Of a stretch of 37,297 nucleotides of DNA, positions 23,493-32,580 are shown piece by piece. This DNA is from Candidatus Tayloriibacteriota bacterium. GTDB lineage: Bacteria; Patescibacteriota; Minisyncoccia; Phycocordibacterales; PALSA-1337. The stretch lies in contig JAPLZH010000005.1 in the NCBI GenBank assembly GCA_026395105.1, positions 1 to 37,297 of the forward strand. The letters run 5' to 3'. Both the position numbers and the translations under genes were made by a program. The notes below the pieces were generated by a model that saw only the letters and a program-made list of their open reading frames with translations, was not told where the DNA came from and made no database searches. Position 1 is the stretch's first letter; each line of letters starts with the position of its first letter.

Positions 23493-25088
23493 CTATAGTC
23501 CGCTCGGAATATAATGTGGGAATTGTTGACATTCGATTAACATCTGCGAAGCCTTTGCTCTAACTGGTATCATTTTTTGTTCTATTCTAGCTCGCTCGGT
23601 CTGAGATACTGTAACATCCTGAGCCTTATGTAGAAGTGTAGAGTTTAGAATATCTAGGTCTATTAAGGAGCTAGAAATGTCGCTTATAACAGTAGCAGAT
23701 TCTATCTTTAATTTAATAGCCCCGAGTTCCTTTAGATTACTGTCAGAAGCATTCGTCTTTTTATTTAATGAAGGAAGCTCAGGGGAAACTTCACTCTTAA
23801 TAAGATTATCCGCTCTCGTTATTTGCTGATTAGCAATGTTTACTTCGGAAGAACTTAATAATCCAGAATTTATTTTATCCACATAGCACCTCTCGACTGT
23901 ATTAAGTGAATCTACGGCAGTCATGGCTGTAGAAAGTGCGTATTTATAATTATCATTATAAGAAGACTCTACGTTTATTAATCCGCCGATCTGACTTAAT
24001 GCTGTAGTTTTATTATCTGCTAACTGAGCATCATTTTGTAATTTCTCTAGATTAGCTCCCTCTCCGCTAAAGTATGAAGATTTATCTCCAGAACCACTTC
24101 CTGATAATGCCCTTACTCCTGATGTAATAGCCTTTTGCATTAACTGAGCGACGAGTGCATTAATCACTTCATCGAATGCGTCGGCTAATTCTAGCTGTCT
24201 TACTCCGCTTCCTAAGCTAGTTTCGAGTGATGAGCTTATAACAGATCCCGGAGTCTGAACCTCACACTTCTCTTCAGTGCTCGTCATAGAATTAGTGGTC
24301 GAATCATATTCTGGCATAGCGGCGAGGTCTTCCTGAGATACTCCACTCGGCGGAGCAGAGGAGGTGGGAATTTTTTTACATGCACTCCACGATAGGAAAC
24401 CTTTTCCCTGCCCTAATTCATCTCTCTTTAACTCAGTTTTTTTACCGAGCCTGTAGTACAGTTCTGTATTTGCTTGAATATACGAGCCGTAAATATTATT
24501 CTGTGGGCTCTGCGTCATCGTTACAAAGGAATTCCAGCCACCGTTTTTACTAAAATCTCCGTTTAAGAATCCGCGCATAGCCTGTCCATTTATGGAAGCA
24601 TTCTTCACTGCATTTGTGGAGTTCTTAATAACATCATTTAGGGTACAGGAAATTCTTCTCTTAAAAGGAGAATATTTAAATGCTAGGGCTAATCTGATGT
24701 CTATTTGGAATGGACTGCATAGGAAATTTAAATCAGGGCTGCTTTCTATGAAGGTACCTATTATTTCTCCACTAGCATCTGCAAAGAAGCCTGCTGGGTC
24801 GGAGACGAAGGCTGGATTTCCTTTAAAGCCACCATTAATCCAGCTTACTATATCCTGAGTCATCGTCTTTATTAAAGTCTTCGCCGCCATAGTGCCTATA
24901 GCATTAAGAGACATAGGAGAACAAATGCCTAAAAAGGTAAATCCACATTCCTTTTTTCCAATTCCTCCAGATTCATTGGTCGGAACAGCCATCTGCGCAT
25001 TTACTGAAAGTAGCGGATAGAATAGTCCCCCGATCATACTTATCGTTATGGCAAAGGAGAAGAAAGTTTTTCTAAAATTATTAAGCAT
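23493..25088 (-). CDS. Secreted protein, function unknown
   Basis: 531 aa. Signal peptide (..LSVNA/Q), several Cys, helical C-terminal half. 4-nt gap to the upstream gene. Confidence 0.7.
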   Translation of the reverse strand: MLNNFRKTFFSFAITISMIGGLFYPLLSVNAQMAVPTNESGGIGKKECGFTFLGICSPMSLNAIGTMAAKTLIKTMTQDIVSWINGGFKGNPAFVSDPAGFFADASGEIIGTFIESSPDLNFLCSPFQIDIRLALAFKYSPFKRRISCTLNDVIKNSTNAVKNASINGQAMRGFLNGDFSKNGGWNSFVTMTQSPQNNIYGSYIQANTELYYRLGKKTELKRDELGQGKGFLSWSACKKIPTSSAPPSGVSQEDLAAMPEYDSTTNSMTSTEEKCEVQTPGSVISSSLETSLGSGVRQLELADAFDEVINALVAQLMQKAITSGVRALSGSGSGDKSSYFSGEGANLEKLQNDAQLADNKTTALSQIGGLINVESSYNDNYKYALSTAMTAVDSLNTVERCYVDKINSGLLSSSEVNIANQQITRADNLIKSEVSPELPSLNKKTNASDSNLKELGAIKLKIESATVISDISSSLIDLDILNSTLLHKAQDVTVSQTERARIEQKMIPVRAKASQMLIECQQFPHYIPSGL

Positions 25089-25092
25089 AGAT

Positions 25093-25977
25093 TTATTTTG
25101 ACATCAAAAAATATCCTGGATCACTAGGAGTAAATTTTACACCCATTGAAATTATATAGCTAGAAATTCCACTTAATGCATTTTCCTGTGCCACTGTCGC
25201 ATCTTTATGACTGGCCATTCCCTGCAGGCTTCGCACTGGATCTTTCTCGGTGCTCGCTATAGCTAATAAAGATTCGGAACTTTTATATAATGCATTTAGG
25301 AAATCTGTATGAAGACTGATCAATGCCTTCGGTACAGTTATTTTAGAAAGTTCTACCGTTAAATTTTTATACATCATACCCACCTCATTCATCTGAATAT
25401 AAAAAGAAGAAGGGTTCTGATTTATCTGACTCTCCGTGGCCAATACCTGATTTTGTTTATATTTCTCAACGTATTTTAAATAGATAGTAGAAAGAGTGTT
25501 ACCATAAACTTTCAGATTTTCTGGTGTATTTTCTTCGGTCTGAATATCACTCATTTTATACTTTATCACATTAAACTGTGCTTCCTGATTAGCTAAAACC
25601 TCTTCGATTATAGCGTTCTGACTAGCCTTATCCCCCACCGTTCCATTTTGCTCTAATGTCATATATTTAGAGAAAAAGCTTTTTGAGAATGCGCTGGTAG
25701 CTGTTTCTTTTTCGGTGCTTGTGGCTGTCTTTTTGGTAGTCGAAAGCTTTTTACCGTCCGTAGTGGCGTCATCAGATGAATCCTGCCAAGTCTTAAATTC
25801 ATTAGGATTCCATGTACTCGTGCTGGAAACCGTAATCGGCGCGGAAACTTTAATATCCTGGGCTTTATAAGTAGCTAATGCCTTTCTGTTTCTGTATTCC
25901 ACCAAGAGAAATAGACCCCCGATAATAATCAAAGATAATGTGATTAATAAAAAGATTTTTGCGCTTGGTCTTTGCAC
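25093..25977 (-). CDS. Bitopic membrane protein (N-terminal TM plus helical ectodomain); first gene of the operon
   Basis: 294 aa with an apparent GTG start. TM helix IFLLITLSLIIIGGLFLLV. VirB8-like topology only; I saw no sequence similarity. Confidence 0.6.
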   Translation of the reverse strand: MQRPSAKIFLLITLSLIIIGGLFLLVEYRNRKALATYKAQDIKVSAPITVSSTSTWNPNEFKTWQDSSDDATTDGKKLSTTKKTATSTEKETATSAFSKSFFSKYMTLEQNGTVGDKASQNAIIEEVLANQEAQFNVIKYKMSDIQTEENTPENLKVYGNTLSTIYLKYVEKYKQNQVLATESQINQNPSSFYIQMNEVGMMYKNLTVELSKITVPKALISLHTDFLNALYKSSESLLAIASTEKDPVRSLQGMASHKDATVAQENALSGISSYIISMGVKFTPSDPGYFLMSK

Positions 25978-26003
25978 GATTTAAATCGTTTTCGAACAGG
26001 CTA

Positions 26004-26012
26004 ATTATAGCA
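26004..26012 (-). promoter_or_regulatory. Extended -10 element (TGCTATAAT on the minus strand) for the T4SS-like operon
   Basis: The reverse complement of 26004-26012 reads TGCTATAAT, 27 nt upstream of the GTG at 25977. Confidence 0.35.
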
Positions 26013-26048
26013 AATTATAATGAAACATTTATTATTTCTGTGGACAGG

Positions 26049-26056
26049 TGTATAAT
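26049..26056 (+). promoter_or_regulatory. Extended -10 element (TGTATAAT) for the divergent small gene; possibly a leaderless transcript
   Basis: TGTATAAT ends 6 nt before the ATG at 26063. Confidence 0.4.
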
Positions 26057-26062
26057 TTACCC

Positions 26063-26467
26063 ATGAATAAGAAAATTTTATCTATCTTTATACTCTCCCT
26101 AATAATTTTTTCCTCCTTTTTCTTATTTTCAAATAAGGTGGAGGCTGTGGGGATGCCTTTTGGTGGTTATGTAACAGTGATTATTCCTTGCACTTGTAAT
26201 GAAGAAACAGGAAATGAGTGGGTTTTTATGTCTCCATTGTATTTTTCTTCCACCCCAATAGCAGGTGGAGGATTGGTTTATCAGGCGCTCGGATCGATTC
26301 CATATGAATATTTTATTATTCCGCCTGTTCCCACGACTTGGCTTCTTGGCGATTTTATTCCAGGCGCAGGACTATGTATGGTGGGCAAAAAGCCTTATTG
26401 TTTCCCCCTTCCTTCTTATGGAAGGATCCAGTCTTACGGCTCTAGTATGCCGGGGGCTAGTATATAA
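26063..26467 (+). CDS. Small secreted Cys-containing protein, divergent from the T4SS-like operon
   Basis: Start moved from the ORF-track GTG (26048) to the ATG at 26063, because the GTG lies inside the -10 box. 134 aa. Signal peptide (..NKVEA/V). Mature part is Gly/Pro/aromatic rich with 4 Cys (CTC...C...C). Confidence 0.6.
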   Translation: MNKKILSIFILSLIIFSSFFLFSNKVEAVGMPFGGYVTVIIPCTCNEETGNEWVFMSPLYFSSTPIAGGGLVYQALGSIPYEYFIIPPVPTTWLLGDFIPGAGLCMVGKKPYCFPLPSYGRIQSYGSSMPGASI

Positions 26468-26468
26468 G

Positions 26469-27266
26469 TTATATAATTTTAAATAGATTTGAGGCGATTT
26501 TCACCCAAGTCTCTAATTTAACCGTTTCTGCGCGGGTGTTTATGTCTAGATTTAGCAGAGACCATATATTTTCTAAGTCTTTTTGATCATAGAATTCGGC
26601 TAGATTTGAGATAAGCTTCTTTCTTTTATGCGAAAAGCCGGTTTTTACTATGTCAAAAAAATCTTCCTCATTTATTTTATTATCTTCAAAAATCTTTTTT
26701 GAAATGTTGTAGATGCCGATTACCGCAGAGTCTACAGATGGTGCTGGTCTAAAACTTCCAGATTTAACTGTTCGAATGTATTTAGGACTTCCGTATACTT
26801 TTACGCTGATAGACAGAATGCTTTCTTTTTCATCTACCATGCGCTCGGCCACTTCTTTTTGGACGAGGAAAACCACCGTGCTCGGATAATCCTCTGACTC
26901 TAGGAACATTCTAGTAACTTCTCCGGTTATATAATAAGGAATATTCGCTATAACTTTATACTCCCCTCTTTTCAAACCGAGCCCGCCCGGATTTTTCTCT
27001 AAAATATCTCCGTGAATTAAAATAAATTTTCCCTCAGCTTTTTCTTTTGCAAATTTCTTTTCGAGAATCGGAATTAAACGATCATCTTTTTCTACTACCA
27101 CTACCTTCTTTGCACTTTTTAAAAGCTCACTCGTGAGTGCGCCTTCTCCAGGTCCGATTTCAAGCACTGTATCTCCTGCCGAAATATTTCCAGCGAGTGC
27201 TATATCATGAAGCGCGCCCGCATCATGAAGAAAATTTTGCCCTAAAGATTTCTTTGCGAAAATCAT
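26469..27266 (-). CDS. rsmA: 16S rRNA (adenine1518/1519-N6)-dimethyltransferase
   Basis: 265 aa. LGQNFL N-terminal motif, SAM-binding VLEIGPGEGALT, NIPYYIT motif. Confidence 0.93.
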   Translation of the reverse strand: MIFAKKSLGQNFLHDAGALHDIALAGNISAGDTVLEIGPGEGALTSELLKSAKKVVVVEKDDRLIPILEKKFAKEKAEGKFILIHGDILEKNPGGLGLKRGEYKVIANIPYYITGEVTRMFLESEDYPSTVVFLVQKEVAERMVDEKESILSISVKVYGSPKYIRTVKSGSFRPAPSVDSAVIGIYNISKKIFEDNKINEEDFFDIVKTGFSHKRKKLISNLAEFYDQKDLENIWSLLNLDINTRAETVKLETWVKIASNLFKII

Positions 27267-27275
27267 ATATTTTAA

Positions 27276-29219
27276 TTAAAAATCTAAAAATATAGCTTTA
27301 ATTCCACGCGGTTCCTCTATCTCCTCCTGCTCTAAAAGATTTCCTTCTAAGTCACCTATAAACTCTGACGGTTCATTAAATCTCTGTGTGCCGAAGATGG
27401 TACGAGTTCTGGCAAAGAGCAAAAAAAGCTTCTTTTTGGCCCTAGTTAAGGCCACATAGAAAAGACGGCGCTCTTCCTCTGCTTCAGACTGAGTCATTTC
27501 ATTTTCATCTAACCTGACATGCGGGAAAAGTTCTTTCTCTAGTCCGCAAATAAAAACATAATCAAATTCTAGTCCTTTCGAAGCGTGCACTGTCATTAAT
27601 TTCACTCCATTTTTTTCTTCTTTTAATTCATCCTGATCTGTGGCGAGTGCGGCGTCGGTGAGTAGCGCTTCTATTCCCTCCCCATTTTGCATATGATCGT
27701 ACTTTTTCGCGAGTGTTACTAATTCGCCGATGTTTTCGAGTGTTTCTAAATCCTCACCTTTTCCTGAACGAAGGTCCTGCTCCAGTCCGCTCGTTTTTAA
27801 AATATATATTATTACTTCTGATGCGGTTTTTTCTGGAATAATTTTTACGATAGAGTCGAGGAAATTATAAAACTGACTAACTTTTGCCTGCATAGCAGAA
27901 CTTAGTGACCCCTCTTCATTTGCTAAAACTTTCATAATGGTGGCCTTTCCTATTCCGCGCGTCGGTACATTTATTATTCGCACTAAGTCTGCGGTGCTTT
28001 CCCTGTTTAGTGCAGAGCGAAGGAATGAAAGCATGTCTTTAATTTCTTTTCTTTCAAAGAATTTCGTACCGAGTAGTTGATAAGGAATATTTTTTTTAAG
28101 AAATGCTTCTTCTAAAACGCGCGACTGAAAATTCGCTCTGTAAAGCACTGCGATGTTTTTAGTATCCACACCATTTGCCATAAGTGTTCGAACTCTTTCT
28201 GATACAGTTCTGGCTTCATCATTCTCAGTCAAATTTTCAATAAGTGTGATTTTCTCGCCAACTTCATTATTTGTGAAAAGGCGTTTATCCCTGCGAAGAA
28301 TGTTTTTCTCTATTATTTGATTTGCAGCAGCTATGATCGTTTTAGTCGAGCGATAGTTTTCTTCGAGTAAAATTACCTTTGCACTAGGATAATCTTTTTC
28401 AAAATTAAGGATATTTTGTATATCTGCCCCTCTCCAGCTATATATATTCTGGTCTATATCACCTACAACGCAGATATTATTATGTGCTCCAGCTAAATAA
28501 TGTGCTATTTCGTACTGGACTTTATTAGTGTCCTGATATTCGTCTATGTGAATATACTGCCACTTTTTCTGATAATATTCTCTAACTTTTGGATTATCAC
28601 GTAGTAACTCAGCCGTTCTTAAGAGTAAATCATCAAAGTCGAGAGCGTGTTCTTTTCTTAGTTGAGCATCATACTTTTCCCATACGCTTTTGACAATTTT
28701 CCCTAGAAAATCTTTAATTTCAGGGATAAAGCTAGAGGCACTCTTAAAATCACCCTTATTTCTGGATATTGCGGAGAGGATTTTATATGGATCAAATTCT
28801 TTTGACTCATAGCCTAATGCTTCTAGACAGTCTTTTACTACCTTTTTCGAATCACCACGGTCATATATGGTGAAATGCTTAGTAAGGCCTAAAATAGAGG
28901 CATTTTCTTTCAAAATATGAACGCCTAGGGAGTGAAATGTAGTCATAAAAGGCCTTTCTGTCATGGAAACCGGTAGATTTAAAGTTTTATCTTCCTCTAT
29001 TAGTCTATAAATACGCTCCCTCATCTCCTTCGATGCCTTATTTGTAAAGGTTATACCTAGAATAGCGTGTGGCGCTACCCCTTTTCTTACTAACTCTAAG
29101 ATCCTATGGGTTATAGTTTTAGTCTTTCCTGCACCAGCGCCGGCTAATATTAAAAGAGGGCCTTCTGTTATAGAAACTGCCTCCTTTTGCTTATCATTTA
29201 ATGAGTTAATATTTATCAC
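27276..29219 (-). CDS. pcrA: UvrD/PcrA-family ATP-dependent DNA helicase
   Basis: 647 aa. Motif I AGAGAGKTKT, motif II IHIDEYQDTN, motif VI TVHASKGLEF, then VALTRAK. Apparent GTG start. Confidence 0.93.
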   Translation of the reverse strand: MININSLNDKQKEAVSITEGPLLILAGAGAGKTKTITHRILELVRKGVAPHAILGITFTNKASKEMRERIYRLIEEDKTLNLPVSMTERPFMTTFHSLGVHILKENASILGLTKHFTIYDRGDSKKVVKDCLEALGYESKEFDPYKILSAISRNKGDFKSASSFIPEIKDFLGKIVKSVWEKYDAQLRKEHALDFDDLLLRTAELLRDNPKVREYYQKKWQYIHIDEYQDTNKVQYEIAHYLAGAHNNICVVGDIDQNIYSWRGADIQNILNFEKDYPSAKVILLEENYRSTKTIIAAANQIIEKNILRRDKRLFTNNEVGEKITLIENLTENDEARTVSERVRTLMANGVDTKNIAVLYRANFQSRVLEEAFLKKNIPYQLLGTKFFERKEIKDMLSFLRSALNRESTADLVRIINVPTRGIGKATIMKVLANEEGSLSSAMQAKVSQFYNFLDSIVKIIPEKTASEVIIYILKTSGLEQDLRSGKGEDLETLENIGELVTLAKKYDHMQNGEGIEALLTDAALATDQDELKEEKNGVKLMTVHASKGLEFDYVFICGLEKELFPHVRLDENEMTQSEAEEERRLFYVALTRAKKKLFLLFARTRTIFGTQRFNEPSEFIGDLEGNLLEQEEIEEPRGIKAIFLDF

Positions 29220-29478
29220 TTTTATACTATATCATTTATTAATAAGGCAGTCGCTTAACTTTGCTTTATTAAAAAGGTATTATGTTAGGTGGTCAAGCGG
29301 TTCTATTGACAATTCTGTAAAGTGCTTGTTATCAACATCTTATACAGTTATAGTATTGACTTTTTTCCTGAAGCTCGTATCCTAGATAGATGCATTAAAC
29401 CACTATGCATGTATATGGCTCTGTTAAGCCATATGTACTAGGTATATACAGACATACAGTAAGATTTTATGGCGCAGA

Positions 29479-30585
29479 ATGAGTGAAAAAACAGTTTACA
29501 GTCTTATGAAATCATATTCTAATAAAAGAATAGAGCTGATTAATTTATATAGCCGAATAATCCTTCCGGCGATTTTCGTGACTTTATTCTCTTTGTCCTC
29601 TTCTTATGCAAAAGCGGGTATTTTTAGCTCAGTTAATGCCTCATTAATTAGTGAAGTAGATGCAGTAACTGCCCCTAAGGAAAGTGCACAGAATATGCAG
29701 ATTTTAGAGGCGGCCCTTAACCCAGATCCAAATATCCTTTCTAAGGAGTCGGATGTAGTAATAGTGGCTAATAGTGCCCTAGACTCAGAACAGGGTCCCG
29801 CTGGAACCAGTGCTGATGTAAGCGGTGAAAAAAATAATGGTCAGATCTCTGTTTATACTGTGAAAAAAGGAGATACTCTAAGCGAAATATCAGATTTATT
29901 CGATATTTCTGTAAATACTATACTTTGGACTAATAATCTATCAAAAAATGCTTCTCTAAAAGAAGGACAAACCTTAATAATTCTCCCTATATCTGGAATT
30001 AAATATACTATTAAGAGTGGAGATACTTTAAAATCAATAATTACGAAGTATAAGGCGGATATGAACGAAGTTCTATCCTATAATGACCTTAATATAAATT
30101 CAAAGCTAGATATAGGCGATGAAGTGATTATACCGGATGTAGATATGGCTGATTCCATACCTGTTTCTACACCTTCTACGAGCAAAATCGCTTCAAATGG
30201 AAATTCGAAGTATCTAGGAGGAAGTGGTCCTTCTTATCCAGGTTACTATATTCGTCCAGTCGTCGGTGGTCGTAAGACACAGGGAATTCACGGCTGGAAT
30301 GCAGTAGACATAGGAGTGTCTGTGGGTACACCTATTTATGCATCAGCTGATGGAACCGTTATGATTAGTGCTGATAATGGTGGATGGAATAAAGGATACG
30401 GTAATTATGTAGTTATAATGCATCCGAACGGTACTCAGACTGTGTATGGCCATGCTAGTAAAACATTAGTTAGGGTCGGGCAGATCGTGAAGCAGGGTGA
30501 TATGATCGCCTTATCTGGAAATACTGGAAAATCTACTGGCCCTCATGTCCACTTCGAAATTCGCGGGGCAAAAAATCCTTTCTAA
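29479..30585 (+). CDS. Membrane-anchored LysM-repeat M23 metallopeptidase
   Basis: 368 aa. TM anchor, two LysM repeats (YTVKKGDTLSEISDLF..., YTIKSGDTLKSIITKY...), M23 motifs HGWNAVD and GPHVHFEIR. Confidence 0.9.
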   Translation: MSEKTVYSLMKSYSNKRIELINLYSRIILPAIFVTLFSLSSSYAKAGIFSSVNASLISEVDAVTAPKESAQNMQILEAALNPDPNILSKESDVVIVANSALDSEQGPAGTSADVSGEKNNGQISVYTVKKGDTLSEISDLFDISVNTILWTNNLSKNASLKEGQTLIILPISGIKYTIKSGDTLKSIITKYKADMNEVLSYNDLNINSKLDIGDEVIIPDVDMADSIPVSTPSTSKIASNGNSKYLGGSGPSYPGYYIRPVVGGRKTQGIHGWNAVDIGVSVGTPIYASADGTVMISADNGGWNKGYGNYVVIMHPNGTQTVYGHASKTLVRVGQIVKQGDMIALSGNTGKSTGPHVHFEIRGAKNPF

Positions 30586-30601
30586 ATCTCTTTTGGGAGA
30601 A

Positions 30602-32086
30602 TTAAAATTTCTGTCGGTACTGAAGGGCCTCTAAAATATGAGGCGTTTTTATTTCATCAGTTTTTTCGAGATTTGCTATAGTTCTGGCTAAGGATATAGT
30701 TTTTTTAATAGATCTAGAGGATAACTGCATTTTTTCTGAGGCTTTTTCTAATATTTTCATATCTTTTGCAGGAAGATTCATATTTGCACTGTGACTTTTC
30801 GAGAATGTGATAGATTCTTCCACCCTTTTTCTAATTTTCTCACTATTCTCCTCAGGAGAATCTTTGCCACTGACTGAATATTCTATAATCTTCGGTCTGT
30901 TTATTTCTGAAACTTCTATCCACATATCTATTCTGTCGGTTATTGGTCCTGATATTTTTCTGCGGTAATCTTCTATTCTATACGCTGGGCATTCGCATTT
31001 ATTTTTCCCTTTAGTCACGCCGAAATAACCACAGGGACAGGGGTTCATGGTGGCTATTAGTATAAAGTCAGATGGAAGATTTATTATTCCGGATGATCGA
31101 GAAATGCATATTTTATGATCTTCCAGAGGTTCTCTTAAGGAATTAATAACCCTCTTATCAAATTCTAAAAATTCGTCCATAAGAAGTATTCCTCTATGAG
31201 CCAAAGAGATTTCTCCAGCCCGAACTGGTGACCCGCCACCTATTATAGCTGAGTATGAAGATGAATGATGGGGGGATCTGAATGGTGGTGAGGTTAATTC
31301 ACACCTTTCTGAGCTAAGGTGGGAATGAATTCCCGCTACCTCCACTGCTTCGTCAAAAGATAATCTGGGTAATATGGTGGGAACCGCCTTAGCGAGCATG
31401 GATTTACCAGTTCCAGCGGGACCCCATAGAGCTATATTATGCTTCCCCGCCACAGCTATCTCTAATCCCCTTTTTGCATAATTATTACCGATAATTTTAT
31501 TAAAGTCGTTTTCATTCGAAATATTTACTGAATTAAAAGCATGGTGAGCTGTTATTTCTAAAATCGCAACACCTTTTAAATGATTAACTACTTCTGATAT
31601 AGAGTCTGTGCCCCTAATTATTATTCCAGAAATAAGTGATGCCTCCTCAGTATTTTCTTTAGGAAGGATAATCTCTTTAAAACCAGCTTTCTTAGCCGCC
31701 ATGGTTATGGGTAGTACCCCCCTAACTGATTTCACTGTACCGTCTAGTGATAATTCTCCGAGAAAAAGTATTCCTTCATCAGGTATGGGTATTTCATTTT
31801 GTGATGCTAAATATGCTATAGACATCCCTAGGTCAAAGCTGGCGCTTTCCTTTTTAATATGTGACGGTCCGAGGGATATGGTTATCTTTTGATTTTTTTG
31901 TTTTGGTGATATAAAGCCAGAATTTTTTATGGCGGCTGAAATTCTGTCTTTCGCCTCTCCTACTAAGGTGCTGCATAGCCCAATGATAGAAAAAGAATGC
32001 AAACCCCTCCCAGTATCTATTTCTATAGATACTATCATCGGTTTTGTCTCGAAAATTTGTGCGCTCCATGTTTTTTGAAAACTCAT
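30602..32086 (-). CDS. comM: YifB/ComM-family Mg-chelatase-like AAA+ protein
   Basis: 494 aa. N-terminal Lon-protease-like domain (VSIEIDTGRGLHSFSIIGL), Walker A GPAGTGKSM, Walker B ILLMDEFLEF, Cys cluster CPCGYFG...C.C. Confidence 0.9.
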   Translation of the reverse strand: MSFQKTWSAQIFETKPMIVSIEIDTGRGLHSFSIIGLCSTLVGEAKDRISAAIKNSGFISPKQKNQKITISLGPSHIKKESASFDLGMSIAYLASQNEIPIPDEGILFLGELSLDGTVKSVRGVLPITMAAKKAGFKEIILPKENTEEASLISGIIIRGTDSISEVVNHLKGVAILEITAHHAFNSVNISNENDFNKIIGNNYAKRGLEIAVAGKHNIALWGPAGTGKSMLAKAVPTILPRLSFDEAVEVAGIHSHLSSERCELTSPPFRSPHHSSSYSAIIGGGSPVRAGEISLAHRGILLMDEFLEFDKRVINSLREPLEDHKICISRSSGIINLPSDFILIATMNPCPCGYFGVTKGKNKCECPAYRIEDYRRKISGPITDRIDMWIEVSEINRPKIIEYSVSGKDSPEENSEKIRKRVEESITFSKSHSANMNLPAKDMKILEKASEKMQLSSRSIKKTISLARTIANLEKTDEIKTPHILEALQYRQKF

Positions 32087-32111
32087 TCATATATCATTAC
32101 ATATGAGGTAT

Positions 32112-32144
32112 GAAGAAAAAATAAAGCGGAAATAAAATTCCGCT
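32112..32144 (-). terminator. Rho-independent terminator after the DksA-like gene
   Basis: Minus strand reads AGCGGAA-ttttat-TTCCGCT followed by TTTATTTTTT. Confidence 0.6.
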
Positions 32145-32184
32145 AAATTTTTTATTATTTCTTTAGAACTTCTTTATCAGAATT

Positions 32185-32556
32185 TTAGTTCTTTTTTGCT
32201 AGAGAGTCTTCTTTGCAGGTTTTTGCTGAAGGGTTTGCTTCTAGGCGTGCCTTCTCTATGGCTTCTCCACAAACTTCACAGATTCCGTACTTTCCATCAG
32301 ATATTTTTGCTAATGCTTTTTTAACATTGTTATACTGAATTTCGAGCTGTTTTAAAATGGCGCTGTTATCTTCATAGAATTCTATTTTATCAGCTAATTC
32401 ATTCTCATCTGCGCTATCTATGTCCACATTACTAGGAACCGCCTCCCAGTCTGCGGGATTACTAGGATTTATTCTACCGACGGTCTTAAGCTCCTCTTCT
32501 AAGGTCTTAAGTTCTTCGTCTAGTTTAACTTTAAAGAATTCTGTATCGTGTTTCAT
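32185..32556 (-). CDS. DksA/TraR-family zinc-finger protein (variant finger)
   Basis: 123 aa. N-terminal coiled-coil region, C-terminal CEVC-x17-CKED in place of the canonical CxxC-x17-CxxC. Confidence 0.75.
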   Translation of the reverse strand: MKHDTEFFKVKLDEELKTLEEELKTVGRINPSNPADWEAVPSNVDIDSADENELADKIEFYEDNSAILKQLEIQYNNVKKALAKISDGKYGICEVCGEAIEKARLEANPSAKTCKEDSLAKKN

Positions 32557-32580
32557 TTTGAAATCCTATCAGATTATTTC

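Noticed and set aside
13811-25977. Interpretation of the cluster as an integrative conjugative element, plasmid remnant or prophage
   Set aside because: The window has no integrase, relaxase, coupling protein, replication/partition genes, flanking tRNA or direct repeats. The cluster is flanked directly by yidC and rsmA. This cannot be fully excluded without compositional statistics.
29220-29478. tRNA gene or cyclic-di-AMP (ydaO-type) riboswitch upstream of the M23 peptidase
   Set aside because: There is no T-loop (GTTCRA) or acceptor-stem pairing. I could not find the conserved ydaO-type core by eye, so only generic hairpins are reported.
31854-32090. 78-aa alternative-frame ORF over the comM 5' end, and the similar 26265-26486 ORF over the small secreted-protein gene
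   Set aside because: Both lie entirely within or overlap better-supported genes in another frame, and their composition is not protein-like.
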